A stretch of 64,000 bases of DNA, taken from contig NW_025963902.1 of the NCBI RefSeq assembly GCF_023055435.1, forward strand, positions 3,968,001 through 4,032,000. Reading direction: 5' to 3'. The position numbers were made by a program, and so were the translations under genes. The stretch's first letter is position 1; the number at the start of each line of letters is the position of its first letter. The stretch is from Haliotis rufescens (taxonomy: Eukaryota). This document shows positions 39,825-51,864 of the stretch, piece by piece. The notes beneath the pieces were generated by a model, which saw nothing but the letters and a program-made list of their open reading frames with translations, searched no databases and was not told the origin of the DNA.

Positions 39825-40684
39825 AGCTACATAAGAACATTGCTGAGGTACTCACATTCACTTTCCCCAACAAGCGACGATGTAATCATGTAATAAAATG
39901 GGAATGACACCTAAATGCAATATCTTTTATGATTAGATTGTTTGTACATCACAACCATCTCTATTGATTCACGTCGGCAATAGTTGACTTTAGGGATATA
40001 CTAGTTTGGTCTTTGATATTCAATATCAGAGAGTGAGTGAGTGAGTGAGTGAGTGAGTGAGTTTGGTTTAAAGCACTTTGAACACTGTTCCAGTTATATC
40101 GCAGCCTGTCAGCTTGATTTGGGTGGTTAGCCCGTGGTGATGCAGGCCTTTGCAGTTTATGACAAACCTACGCGCATGCTGTATATGACTGAATAAAATT
40201 TAAAAAAAACCCCCCAAAACAAAAAACACGAGCATGTTGCCAAGGATGAAACATAGGCAGGCGAACCAGGATTCGAACCCTAACCACTGGCTCCTGGGTT
40301 CTACGGGACGTGACTCAAATATCGGGAGCCTCGATTTTAGTGTTTTGTCTGCAAAATACATAGACAGGTAGGTAAGCCAAATCTTGAGCTTCCGATTGAG
40401 CTTCCAATCTGTTTCATTGACGCTATGATTTCCAGCCTAAGATGAAAAAAAGGAAATACTTAAAATATTATTGCTGGATTTATTATTTCTTCCAAAACAC
40501 ATTGATGTTGTTAAAGTTTACACATAAATATAGTTGAAATTCGTTTTTGTCAAGTGACTATTTATATCTCGTGACCTAATACCACTGACACTTTCTTTGG
40601 TTGAGACAAGCACGCCTGACCTAGTTCGGCAGTTATCTAAACAAGAAGATAAAAATACATTGAACAACACCACTGACATTCAAC

Positions 40685-43600
40685 ATGGCCACAGAAAAAT
40701 CCGCCATGTAAGTCTTTTGTGAAGATCATAGTTCTCTGAATTATTTCTCAGTAGTAGCCCTTGCACAAGCTTGTGCTTATTGACAAAGTATTTGCGTTAT
40801 TACCTCTTTAAGGCACTCCTTGTGCGTGGACGGGATTCGTTCTCCAACACGAGAGCTGGGTCATTGTGATCTGTATCTCATCAACACAGGCTTATTTCAC
40901 AGGCTTCTTCACTGTTATTGCAATGCCTATGCACAGAAGGACAAACTTTGCCGGCACACGTCAGGCCCGGCCTCATGCTAACATGTGCTTATGTTCTGAC
41001 ATTCCATTGACGACGCCACATATCGTGCCAGGACGCCTGGCAATTAGGTTACAATGTTGTGAGCTACAAAATAAGAACGTTGTTGAGGTACTCACATCTA
41101 CTTTCCCCAACAAACGACAATATAATCATGTCTTTAAAATGGGAATGACAACAAAATGTAATATCTTTTATGATTTGATTGTTTGTAGATTATAATCAGT
41201 TACATTGTTTCACGTCGACAAGAGTTGACGTAAGGATACATATACTAGAATGGTCTTATATATTCAATAAGTGAGTGAGTTTGGTTTAACGTCACACTGA
41301 ACGATGTTTCAGTTATATCACGGCGTGTCAGCATGATATTGATTTCTTGCACAGGGGGCCAGACTCAAAAACCGGAGCCTCGATTTTAGTGTTTTGTCTG
41401 CATAATAAATATGCATTGACAGGTAGGTAGTGAGGTAGTGTGGTAGGTAGGTACATTGATGGTAGGCATGTAAGTGTGTAGGCATATAGGTAAGTCAGTA
41501 GGTTTTTTGACGGATGGATGTATATACAGATAGATATGGATAAGTATGTTGCCTACGGGACGGGACTCAAATATCGGAAACTTCGATTTTAGTGATGTGT
41601 CTGCAAAATATATCTGACACTAACAGGTTGGTAGGTCGGTGGGTAGTGAGGTAGCTTTGTCGGTAGGAAGGCAGGTCGGAACGTCGATAGGTAGATTGGT
41701 GGATTGATGGATATATACAGTCAAGTACGGTTATTACGAACTCAAGGGGACTACTAATTTTAGTTCGTTATAACCGTTGTTCGTTATAAGCATATATACA
41801 GCATAACTACAGCAAATAGTCGGGACCAAAAAAGTAAGTTCGTTATATCCGTCAGTTCGTTATAAGCGTGTTCGTTATAACCGTAGTTTACTGTAGATTG
41901 ATACGGAGAAGGAAGTTATCTAGCACAATACATACATTCTCGACCATGAACTGGGTTTTCCAGGGATCCCAACCTTGAAGAGCTGCCTGATCTGAGAAAT
42001 TCGAAAGGACACGGATTCCTCTGTTTCCAGCATGATGGGTTGTACCTCTTCGTGCTGCCTCCACAAATAATGAAGGGACGCAGAAATACAGACACAGTCA
42101 AAACTGTCACAGAAGCCGAACTGAAGGATGATGACATCATTATTTGTGCGTATCCCAAATGCGGTAGGTCCATGGTGTATCCCACAACGAGTGAGTGAAT
42201 GTTATTTAACGCCGCAGTCTGCACTACTCAAATTATTGAGCACGGCTATGGTGCTGAGGCGAATCTTTGATAGAAGCTCCGATCAGCGGATTCGGGCACG
42301 GCTAAGGGACCAAACTCTGCAGAGCGAAGTTCAGCCTCTTAGACCACAGGCCCGACCGTCATCCAAGATTATGTCCAGAATTATATTTTGTTATGATAAT
42401 ACTGTAACATAACCTTTATGGTCTTACAACGCTCAACAGGAACACCTTTCAATATATTGTTATACATGCTGCTTCTGTCGTGATCCTATTATTATAAAAT
42501 CATTTCTCCCATACAAAGGAGGTAAAGAACACCATGATGGCCAAATATCTCTTCAAAGAAGGCAAAGACTGAAGATGCTGAGGGACCGACAATTCCAGGG
42601 TGTTTCAGAAAAATAAGGAAGAAGTGACCAAAAGACATTCGGTCCCTACCCACACTCCAAACATCCATCCCTCACCCCATCCATCCCCCACCCCACCCTC
42701 CAACACACATGCAAACCCATACACACAGAGAATTACTTTGAATCAAGGACAAAGAAGATGTAATTTATTTCAAAGTTCATCAAGTTCTCGACATGTTATA
42801 TGTTATTTAGCAGCCCTTTCATATTTTGGTGCAACTAAAACAAATTCTGTTATAATTTGGAAGTTTTGGTGAAAGATTTACTGCATGTTACTGCTTTAGG
42901 AACCCATTGGCTGTGGGAAGTCATCGAGATGCTGATCAGTGGGACCATCAAGTATCAAAAGGATGTGAAAGAGACCCGGATGATGGAATTCATCTTCAAG
43001 GAAGGAATAGAAGCAGTGCCGCCTCCACGGGTATTCAACACACACCTTCCTCTGCGCATGCTTCCCAAACAGGTCGTGGAGAAGAAGGTCAAGTGTATTC
43101 AGATCATGCGCAACCCTAAAGATGCCTGTGTGTCCTTTTTTAACCACTGCAGAAATCTGGTTGAACCGCAAGGTTATGAAGGAGACTTCGCGGAGTTTAC
43201 CGAGGCGTTTTTGTCAGGGAAACGTAAGTACAGCGAGTGGTTGATCACAGTCAATACTTCACGGTCCTCAGTACACAACTTCCCTCCATAAACCTTGAAT
43301 ACATATGGCCACTTCGCGGAGTATTCGCTATTTTAAGCAAGAAATCAATCAAAGAGTGTTCAGGCCAATAAGATCACAGGCCAAAAAGATCTAAGGTTAT
43401 ATCGCACAAACGGCAACATTTCTCGCCTGGCAAGGTCATCAACGTGTGCCAAAGCCATGCGGTTATCTGAACGCCTCTGTGATCTGGTGAATAGAGCGTC
43501 TGCCCGGAGAGCGGAATGGCGAGGGTTCGATCCCCGGCCACGTCATGCCAAGAGATGTTAAAAGATGGTACTTGTTGTTACCCTGCCTGACAGGTATTAA

Positions 43601-45734
43601 GGAGATAAAACGCCAAGCACACACGTCACTATTTGACAGTGTATCGGGCGGTGGGGTAGTCTATTAGTTAAAGTGTTCGTTCGTCATCCCGAAGACCCGG
43701 CTTCCTTTCGAGACATGGGTGGCGCGGTCGGGTAGCCTAGTGGATAAAGCGTTCGCTCGTCTCGCCGAAGACCCGGGTTCAATGGGTACAATGTGTGAAG
43801 CCCATTTCTGGTGTCCCCCGCCGTGATATTGCGGGAATATTGCTAAAAGCGGCGTAAAACAATACTCACTCACTCACTCCAGACATGGGTACAATGCGTG
43901 AAGCCCATTTCTGGCGTCCCCCGCCGTGATATTGCTGGAATAATCCTAAAAGCAGCTTAAAACAATACTCACTCACTAATGATAGTGTGTCATAAACACA
44001 AGATGTGGTCGGACTCGTACGCTGGTTTTAAAGGAGATTTGTTATGATTTTGGAAAGGTGAGGTGAGGTGAGGTAAAATGGGGTTTAACGTTGCGTCCAA
44101 GATTATTGCACTTATATAGCGAAGTGCATGCACGTGTGTGTGTGTGTGTGTGTGTGTGGCTGCTTGTACTAGTCCGAACTGATGCCGATTTACAGTGCTA
44201 GCTCACTGAGATACCATGTCGCAGTTTAACATGAATACCCCACTCAGACTCAGTATACTGACTCCGAGCCGGCCAATCCTTGTTTTTGCCCCTTAATGCC
44301 GGGCACCAGACAGGGTAACAACAAGTGAGTTAAAATTTAACGTCGCATCGGCATTATTTCAGCCATATAGCGACGAGGGAACAAAAAGTACCATCTTTTA
44401 ACGTCTTTTGGTATGACGCGACCGCGAGACGGTCGATTATGGGAAGGTTTAGTTACAGGAGCTCCGACAGTCGCAGTGTGGACAGGACATCGACCTGTCT
44501 GTGAATACAAGTTCGACACTTTCCCAGGTGATGTTCAGGAATTCAGTTATATTTCAACCTTATCTTCCTTTATTTCCAGTACCGTTTGGATCCTATTCCA
44601 CCTATCTGCTAACGTGGAAAGCTGAAGTGGCAGCTTCGCAAGAATTCCCTGTTCTTAATCTGTTTTATGAGGAAATGAAATTTGTGAGTATTCTACAAAC
44701 CTGCATACATAGAGTTGTTGACCAAAAAACGTAAACTATAGAACTTACCTGCATATACATACATGGTTGCCATGTTGTACTCCTTGATATAACAGGTTTT
44801 TTTAATACAAACCCGTGAAGATCCGGGTTAGAATTCTGCAACCGATGCTTGTCGTAAGAGGCTTAATCGGGTCGTCAGGCTCGCTGATTTGGTTGATACA
44901 TGTAATCGTATCCGAGTGCAGAGTTGATTGTTTACAGACCGCCGTCATATAACTGAAATATTGCTGAGCGCGGCAGCAATCTATCCATCTATCAATTTAT
45001 TTGAGTGACAGATAAAGAACGAACACTCACTCACTCACTCACTCACTCACTCACTCACTCACTCACTCACTCACTCACTCAGGTTGTGTACCTCATGGCA
45101 CAGGCACGTATGAACATATATCATGTCCCAAAAGATACGAACTATAAGCTGTATAAAGACACAAATACCTCCAGGACCCTGTCAAGAGTGTTAAAGACAT
45201 CGCCAAGTTTCTACGCCTGAAATCTACAGACCAGTTCTGTGAAGAGGTTGCGGCTGCTTGTTCCTTTAAGAAAATGAAAAAAGTTGACGAGGAAATGAAA
45301 GGTGACCTTCCCTTCAAGATATGGAAAGATGGCTCTGACGGGACGTTCTACAGGAAAGGTACAACGCGTGTCACTTTAATTTTGGAAACAGATTTAATAA
45401 TGCATTTTCTATTACCTGGGAGAAATACAACCCAAAGTTGCCTGGATGGGAAAGACAGTTCTTCAGATCCAAGACAATACATAAAATAGGGCATTTCTAT
45501 TCCTGGATAATAACTTCTTTAATGACTGTAAAGGCGACGTTCTGGTATAGATCCTTATACCGCTGACAAGCATAATTTAAAGTACGCTGGCTTGGACACA
45601 TTCGTTTCTCTGTTTCAGGTGAGATCGGGGACTGGAAGAATTGGTTCACTGTGGCAGAAAACGAGAAATTTGATCAAATATGGAACGAGAAGATGAAGGA
45701 TTCTGGATTCGAGTTTACCTATACACCGGTGTGA
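40685..45734 (+). CDS. Cytosolic sulfotransferase (SULT1-like), cluster gene 3, 6 exons, 316 aa (320 aa with exon 1A)
   Basis: Exons 40685-40707, 41964-42163, 42900-43223, 44580-44683, 45175-45358 and 45619-45734 are GT-AG with an open frame. Motifs YPKCGTHW, NTHLP, RNPKDACVS and [18 protein letters not shown] are present. Confidence 0.92.
41718..41893. mobile_element. Tc1/mariner-type MITE (TA TSD)
   Basis: TIRs CAGT(C/A)AA(G/C)TACGGTTAT(T/A)ACGAAC with TA on both sides; other copies at 47626-48171 and partially at 52448-52507. Confidence 0.85.
43646..43978 (+). mobile_element. SINE family B with a second family B copy nested inside (43721-43880)
   Basis: 10-bp TSD AGACATGGGT at 43711-43720 and 43881-43890. 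Confidence 0.85.
44057..44425 (-). mobile_element. SINE family A
   Basis: Reverse complement of the family A consensus, with GGTGA repeats. Confidence 0.8.
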
Positions 45735-47625
45735 GGTCATACCAAATACATGGGTTTCATGTGAACCGGTATCTAGTGAAATGTATGATACTCAAGAAGC
45801 TGAGTGTGCAGTGCCAATTTGCTTCATAAAACACTTCGCAGAAGTACAGGGGATTATCTGCGGATATTTACAAACGTAATTGCCCCAACATTTACCGCCC
45901 TCCTGATCTAAAGTTAAAGCATTTCAGGGCGACTTTTATATCCAAGAGATATAGGACATATTTTATCTTTATTCCCTGTCCTGGCTTAGAGTTGATATAG
46001 TTAGACTTTATATGTTGCGTACATAGGCAGGTCATATTTTATCTTTCTTCCCTGTCCCGGCTTAGAGTTGATATAGTTAGACTTTATATGTTGTGTACAT
46101 ACACCGGTGTGAGGTCATACATTGGTTTCACTTGAACCGATATAGTGAAATACATGATACTCAAATGTGCCATGACACGTGCAGTATCGCCGTAGCATAT
46201 AAATGTGTCTTAATTTTGAACGTACAATTTATGAGATTTTACTTTGTCTAGAACCGTAGCTGGGAGTTAGTGAGTATGATTTCACACCGCTTATTATTCC
46301 AGCAATATCATGGTTGGCGACAACAGAGATGCGCTTCGCCTTTGGCCTGACGCGCGAACGCTTTAACCACTAGGCTACTCCCCCACCCCCGGAAGCTGTG
46401 ATCACTGACCCTCCTTCAGCTCAAACGTCACAGAGTGATTAATGACCCTACTTTCAACATGACGTCACACTGTCATCACTAATCCTAATTTCAGCTGGAC
46501 GTCACAGTGTGCCATTCTGACGTTTCAGTGCATCTAACATTTGACAAAAAAAATACATAGACAGTAATTTACGAATGACTAGGAATGAGGGATTATTTGT
46601 TTGACGAACATCAGGTCAAGTTTAAATGCGCTGTACGTGAACAAGGCGATGCTCCATATGTGAAAGTCATCTTTAATATATCCTTTTCCTTTCAGAATAT
46701 TCAGAGGTGTGCAGAATTGTATATTACCATTGTGGAACCAATTGTTAACAAAATGCCGTCAGTTTTTGAACTGATGATGGAACCATAATGGTTCAAGTAA
46801 AATGTTTTCTAAATCAGTTTGATCAGTTTAAAAACAAGACCTGTACCTTTCCTAAGCTGCAATTGCATCCTCCTAAAAAAGGTAACTGATAGTAGTTGTA
46901 TTTTGTTATATTTGCCCCTGTCATTGCAAAGATTATCGAATTGTGCACTTAGAACTATTCCTAAAACTTCATGACATAATCTAACTGGACTTCAAGTCAT
47001 CGCACCTATCCATATTATCTTAGTGTTATAAATGTTGTTTTTTTCAGTCCTGACATTCTATAGAATATTGAAAGTGTATACATTGAAGCCCTGAGACTCG
47101 GTGACATCTCACATAGGTGTCATCCGCGTATTGACCGAGTTTCTGTTCTTTGTCATTAAGTAAAAATCATAATACCCAAAATTCTGGCTACGAACAAAAA
47201 TAAATACGGCGAAAACAGGATACCCAGAGTTGTTATAAAATGGACTGTAACTGTGAACAATCCTACGTAGGTGAAACATCCCAAAGAGCACAAAACTTCA
47301 ACCATCAAATCCGTGATGGTAAATCAGTAAATCAGCCATATCGGACCATATCAGCAAGTACACGGATAACGCACCAGCAAACATAATGGAAATAATGAAA
47401 TATAAACGCAAAACATGATCATATAGGTTTGGGAAAAGTGAAGGAAACTGTACATAACACATTTATTACAAACTAATTTGTTGGCTTTCTTTCCGTCTGA
47501 TTGCCATATCATGTGCATTTTGAGTAGAAAGTGTTTGAACAAGTTCTGTTCACACTGCACCATGAAACTTGACATATTGTTTCCAGTTGATTCCAATTTG
47601 ATATTCGAGGGTTCGTACAGAACTA

Positions 47626-48171
47626 CAGTAAACTACGGTTATAACAAGCTCAAAGGGACCACTAATTTTAATTCGTTATAACCGTAGTTCGTTATAAGCA
47701 AATGTAGGGAATATACACGGCAAATGGACAGGACTAAAAAAATAGTTCGTTATATCCGTCAGTTCGTTATAAGCGTGTTCGTTATAAACGTAGTTTATAG
47801 GACCGCCTCCGTGGCCTAGAGGTAGAGCGTCCGCCTGGAGAGCGGAAGGTCCGGGGTTCGATCCCCGGCCGCGTCACACCAAAGGACGTTAAAATATGGT
47901 ACTTGTTATTACCCTGTCTGGCGCTCCGCATTAAGGGGCTAAAACAAGGACTGGTCGGCTCGGAGTCAGTATACTGTGTCTGAGTGGGGTATCCATGTTA
48001 AACTGCGACATGGTATCACAGTGTGCTAGCACTATAAATTGGCATCAGTCGGGACTAGTACAAGCAGCCACACACACACTGGCATGCACGTCGCTATATA
48101 AGTGCAATAATCTTGGACGCGACGTTAAACCCAATTTCACCTCACCTCACCTCACCTCACGTAGTTTACTG
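47626..48171. mobile_element. MITE (as 41718-41893) interrupted by a SINE
   Basis: CAGTAAACTACGG...GTAGTTTACTG with TA flanks. Confidence 0.8.
47798..48158 (+). mobile_element. Full-length SINE family A (tRNA head, Meta/MESC-like core)
   Basis: A box GTGGCCTAGAGG, B box GGTTCGATCC, (CACCT)n tail and 10-bp TSD ACGTAGTTTA (47788-47797 and 48159-48168). Confidence 0.9.
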
Positions 48172-48518
48172 TAGATTGTGAAATCAGTACATGAATCAAT
48201 CAATTCGATCTATTTCGTAGGTGTAGGCCCAGGGTTACATTTGTATTACAATGGACGTGACGTACACATATTGTTTTATTCTGAGAATAATGAACTACGA
48301 AGTGACATCGCTTGATAGATATAGATAGCTGGACGTTTAACTAATTTACAATCAGGTGTAGACATAATGATATTACATTTTTGTTTGGTCGGATATTCAC
48401 AATATTACTTAGGTAAATGACGCGTCCGTTACTTGATATAACCGGGGCATAATAGCAAAATATGTCTGAAATCAGTAAATAACCACACACGATCAGTGAA
48501 CGAGCAACAAATTATATT

Positions 48519-50497
48519 TGAAACACACATGAAAAGGTTTACAACCATAGACGTCAATACAGTGGGTCAACTATGTGACATTAGCAGTACATGGTAGAAC
48601 CTATTGAAACACACACGATTAGGTTTACAATCATAGACGTCAATACAGTGGGTCAACTATGTGACATTAGCAGTACATGGTAGAACCTATTGAAACACAC
48701 ACGATTAGGTTTACAACCATAGACGTCAATACAGTGGGTCAACTATGTGACATTAGCAGTACATGGTAGAACCTATTGAAACCCACACGATTAGGTTTAC
48801 AACCATAGACGTCAATACAGTGGGTCAACTATGTGACATTAGCAGTACATGGTAGAACCTATTGAAACACACATGATTAGGTTTACAACCATAGACGTCA
48901 ATACAGTGGGTCAACTATGTGACATTAGCAGTACATGGTAGAACCTATTGAAACACACACGATTAGGTTTACAACCATAGACGTCAATACAGTGGGTCAA
49001 CTATGTGACATTAGCAGTACATGGTAGAACCTATTGAAACACACACGATTAGGTTTACAACCATAGACGTCAATACAGTGGGTCAACTATGTGACATTAG
49101 CAGTACATGGTAGAACCTATTGAAACACACATGATTAGGTTTACAATCATAGACGTCAATACGGTTGGTCAACTATGTGACATTAGCAGTACATGGTAGA
49201 ACCTATTGAAACACACATGATTAGGTTTACAATCATAGACGTCAATACGGTTGGTCAACTATGTGACATTAGCAGTACATGGTAGAACCTATTGAAACAC
49301 ACATGATTAGGTTTACAACCATAGACGTCAATACAGTGGGTCAGCTATGTGACATTAGCAGTACATGGTAGAACCTATTGAAACACACATGATTAGGTTT
49401 ACAACCATAGACGTCAATACAGTGGGTCAGCTATGTGACATTAGCAGTACATGGTAGAACCTATTGAAACACACATGAATAGGTTTACAACCATAGACGT
49501 CAATACAGTGGGTCAGCTATGTGACATTAGCAGTACATGGTAGAACCTATTGAAACACACATGATTAGGTTTATAACCATAGACGTCAATACAGTGGGTC
49601 AACTATGTGACATTAGCAGTACATGGTAGAACCTATTGAAACACACATGATTAGGTTTACAATCATAGACGTCAATACAGTGGGTCAGCTATGTGACATT
49701 AGCAGTACATGGTAGAACCTATTGAAACACACATGATTAGGTTTACAATCATAGACGTCAATACGGTTGGTCAACTATGTGACATTAGCAGTACATGGTA
49801 GAACCTATTGAAACACACATGATTAGGTTTACAATCATAGACGTCAATACGGTTGGTCAACTATGTGACATTAGCAGTACATGGTAGAACCTATTGAAAC
49901 ACACACGATTAGGTTTACAATCATAGACGTCAATACAGTTGGTCAACTATGTGACATTAGCAGTACATGGTAGAACCTATTGAAACACACATGATTAGGT
50001 TTACAATCATAGACGTCAATACGGTTGGTCAACTATGTGACATTAGCAGTACATGGTAGAACCTATTGAAACACACATGATTAGGTTTACAATCATAGAC
50101 GTCAATACGGTTGGTCAACTATGTGACATTAGCAGTACATGGTAGAACCTATTGAAACACACATGATTAGGTTTACAATCATAGACGTCAATACGGTTGG
50201 TCAACTATGTGACATTAGCAGTACATGGTAGAACCTATTGAAACACACATGATTAGGTTTACAATCATAGACGTCAATACGGTTGGTCAACTATGTGACA
50301 TTAGCAGTACATGGTAGAACCTATTGAAACACACGTGATTAGGTTTACAACCATAGACGTCAATACAGTGGGTCAACTATGTGACATTAGCAGTACATGG
50401 TAGAACCTATTGAAACACACGTGATTAGGTTTACAACCATAGACGTCAATACAGTGGGTCAACTATGTGACATTAGCAGTACATGGTAGAACCTATT
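48519..50497. repeat. 86-bp tandem repeat, ~23 copies
   Basis: Unit GAAACACACATGATTAGGTTTACAACCATAGACGTCAATACAGTGGGTCAACTATGTGACATTAGCAGTACATGGTAGAACCTATT. Confidence 0.95.
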
Positions 50498-50909
50498 TAC
50501 TAGTTCGTGGACTCCCGAATATCCAGAATCTGTCACAGTAGAATGTCTTGAACTGGGCATGTGCTCCGTTCTTGAATTCAGGAAACTGTGTTGGAAGTGG
50601 GCAGAACAGTCTGTACATTTAAGTGATACTTTTAATTTCCGTCCCTGGCATAAAACATAGAACATAGCTTTCGCTGCTTGTTCTGTTAACTTTTTACCCA
50701 GTGGTGGGGCAACAAATGCTGATCCGTATGTAAAAATTCAAACGATGGGACATCCGTTGTCTTCAGGCTGCTGCAAATCTTGATATTAAAATTTGATTGA
50801 AAATACACATTAGACTATCAAGTGACGATACACACAAACGCCACAGGGAGATGCGTAGCCTCGTGATAACAACAATCGCTCGTGGATAATAACCTTTGCA
50901 AAACCCATT

Positions 50910-50977
50910 CCCGCACCCCGCACCCCGCACCCCGCACCCCGCACCCCCCGCACCCCCCGCACCCCCCGTCACCCCCG
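50910..50977. repeat. (CCCCGCA)n repeat
   Basis: About 8 C-tracts roughly 310 bp upstream of the gene 4 ATG. Confidence 0.85.
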
Positions 50978-51288
50978 TGGAATCAAAACTTTCATAACCT
51001 AGAACACTTCGTCTTGGGCAAGCCGTACACAGGGTTGCTTCACGAACACTTCTCACCAAGTATCACATTACGAGCAAAGGTCATATTCACAAACTAGGTC
51101 GATGACCGTCGTGGTGGATAGGTGTGCGTTATGTAACCGGCTGCTGTCACACCGCGCTCTTTTGAGCATTACCCATTTTCGTCATGTGCCTGTGAGAGCT
51201 GGATTGTACAGCTAGCGAATCGAATGCGCCCCTCTTGTACCAGAGCTGAATCTCAACTCGGTCATCTGACGCTCGCTTGGCATCTAAC

Positions 51289-51820
51289 ATGGCGGCACTC
51301 GAGGACTTAGATAAGCTACTGCAGTAAGTAACCTTTCCCCCAATTGCATTTTGTTGTGTGATGTTTTTCAAATCCTGGTGGATGGGTGTTCCGCATGTGA
51401 CCCTATGAAGCTATGTACTGGTTGAACGATAAGTTGTGAGCCTAGAATGGAAGGACTTGCGTTATATCAGAGACCATATAATATCTATTATATGGTCTCT
51501 GGTTATATCACGAGACATATTTTGTCGTGGACAATACAGGACGTAATAAAATTACATGTCCACAAAAAACTTGAGTTAGTTGAGCAAATTGTTTCAGTGC
51601 TACATGTCAGTAAAATATCAAGGGTCTGTGACCTTTGGAAACATGGACATACTTGAGCATGATGTGATCAAGTACTTGCAAAAAGAGCTTAATGCGAATC
51701 GCCATCCATGAAGGTGTGTGAACAACACCACAGAAACATATTCCTTCTTCTGCAACTGTAAAGGTGAGGTGAGGTGAAATGGGGTTTAAAGTCGCGTCCA
51801 AGATTAATGCACTTATATCT

Positions 51821-51864
<44 letters not shown>

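Noticed and set aside
47798-47875. tRNA genes
   Set aside because: The tRNA-like sequences are SINE heads followed by core domains, tails and TSDs; none forms a convincing cloverleaf.
48519-50497. Possible CRISPR array
   Set aside because: Whole units repeat with no unique spacers, there are no cas genes and the context is eukaryotic. The same applies to 4179-4475.
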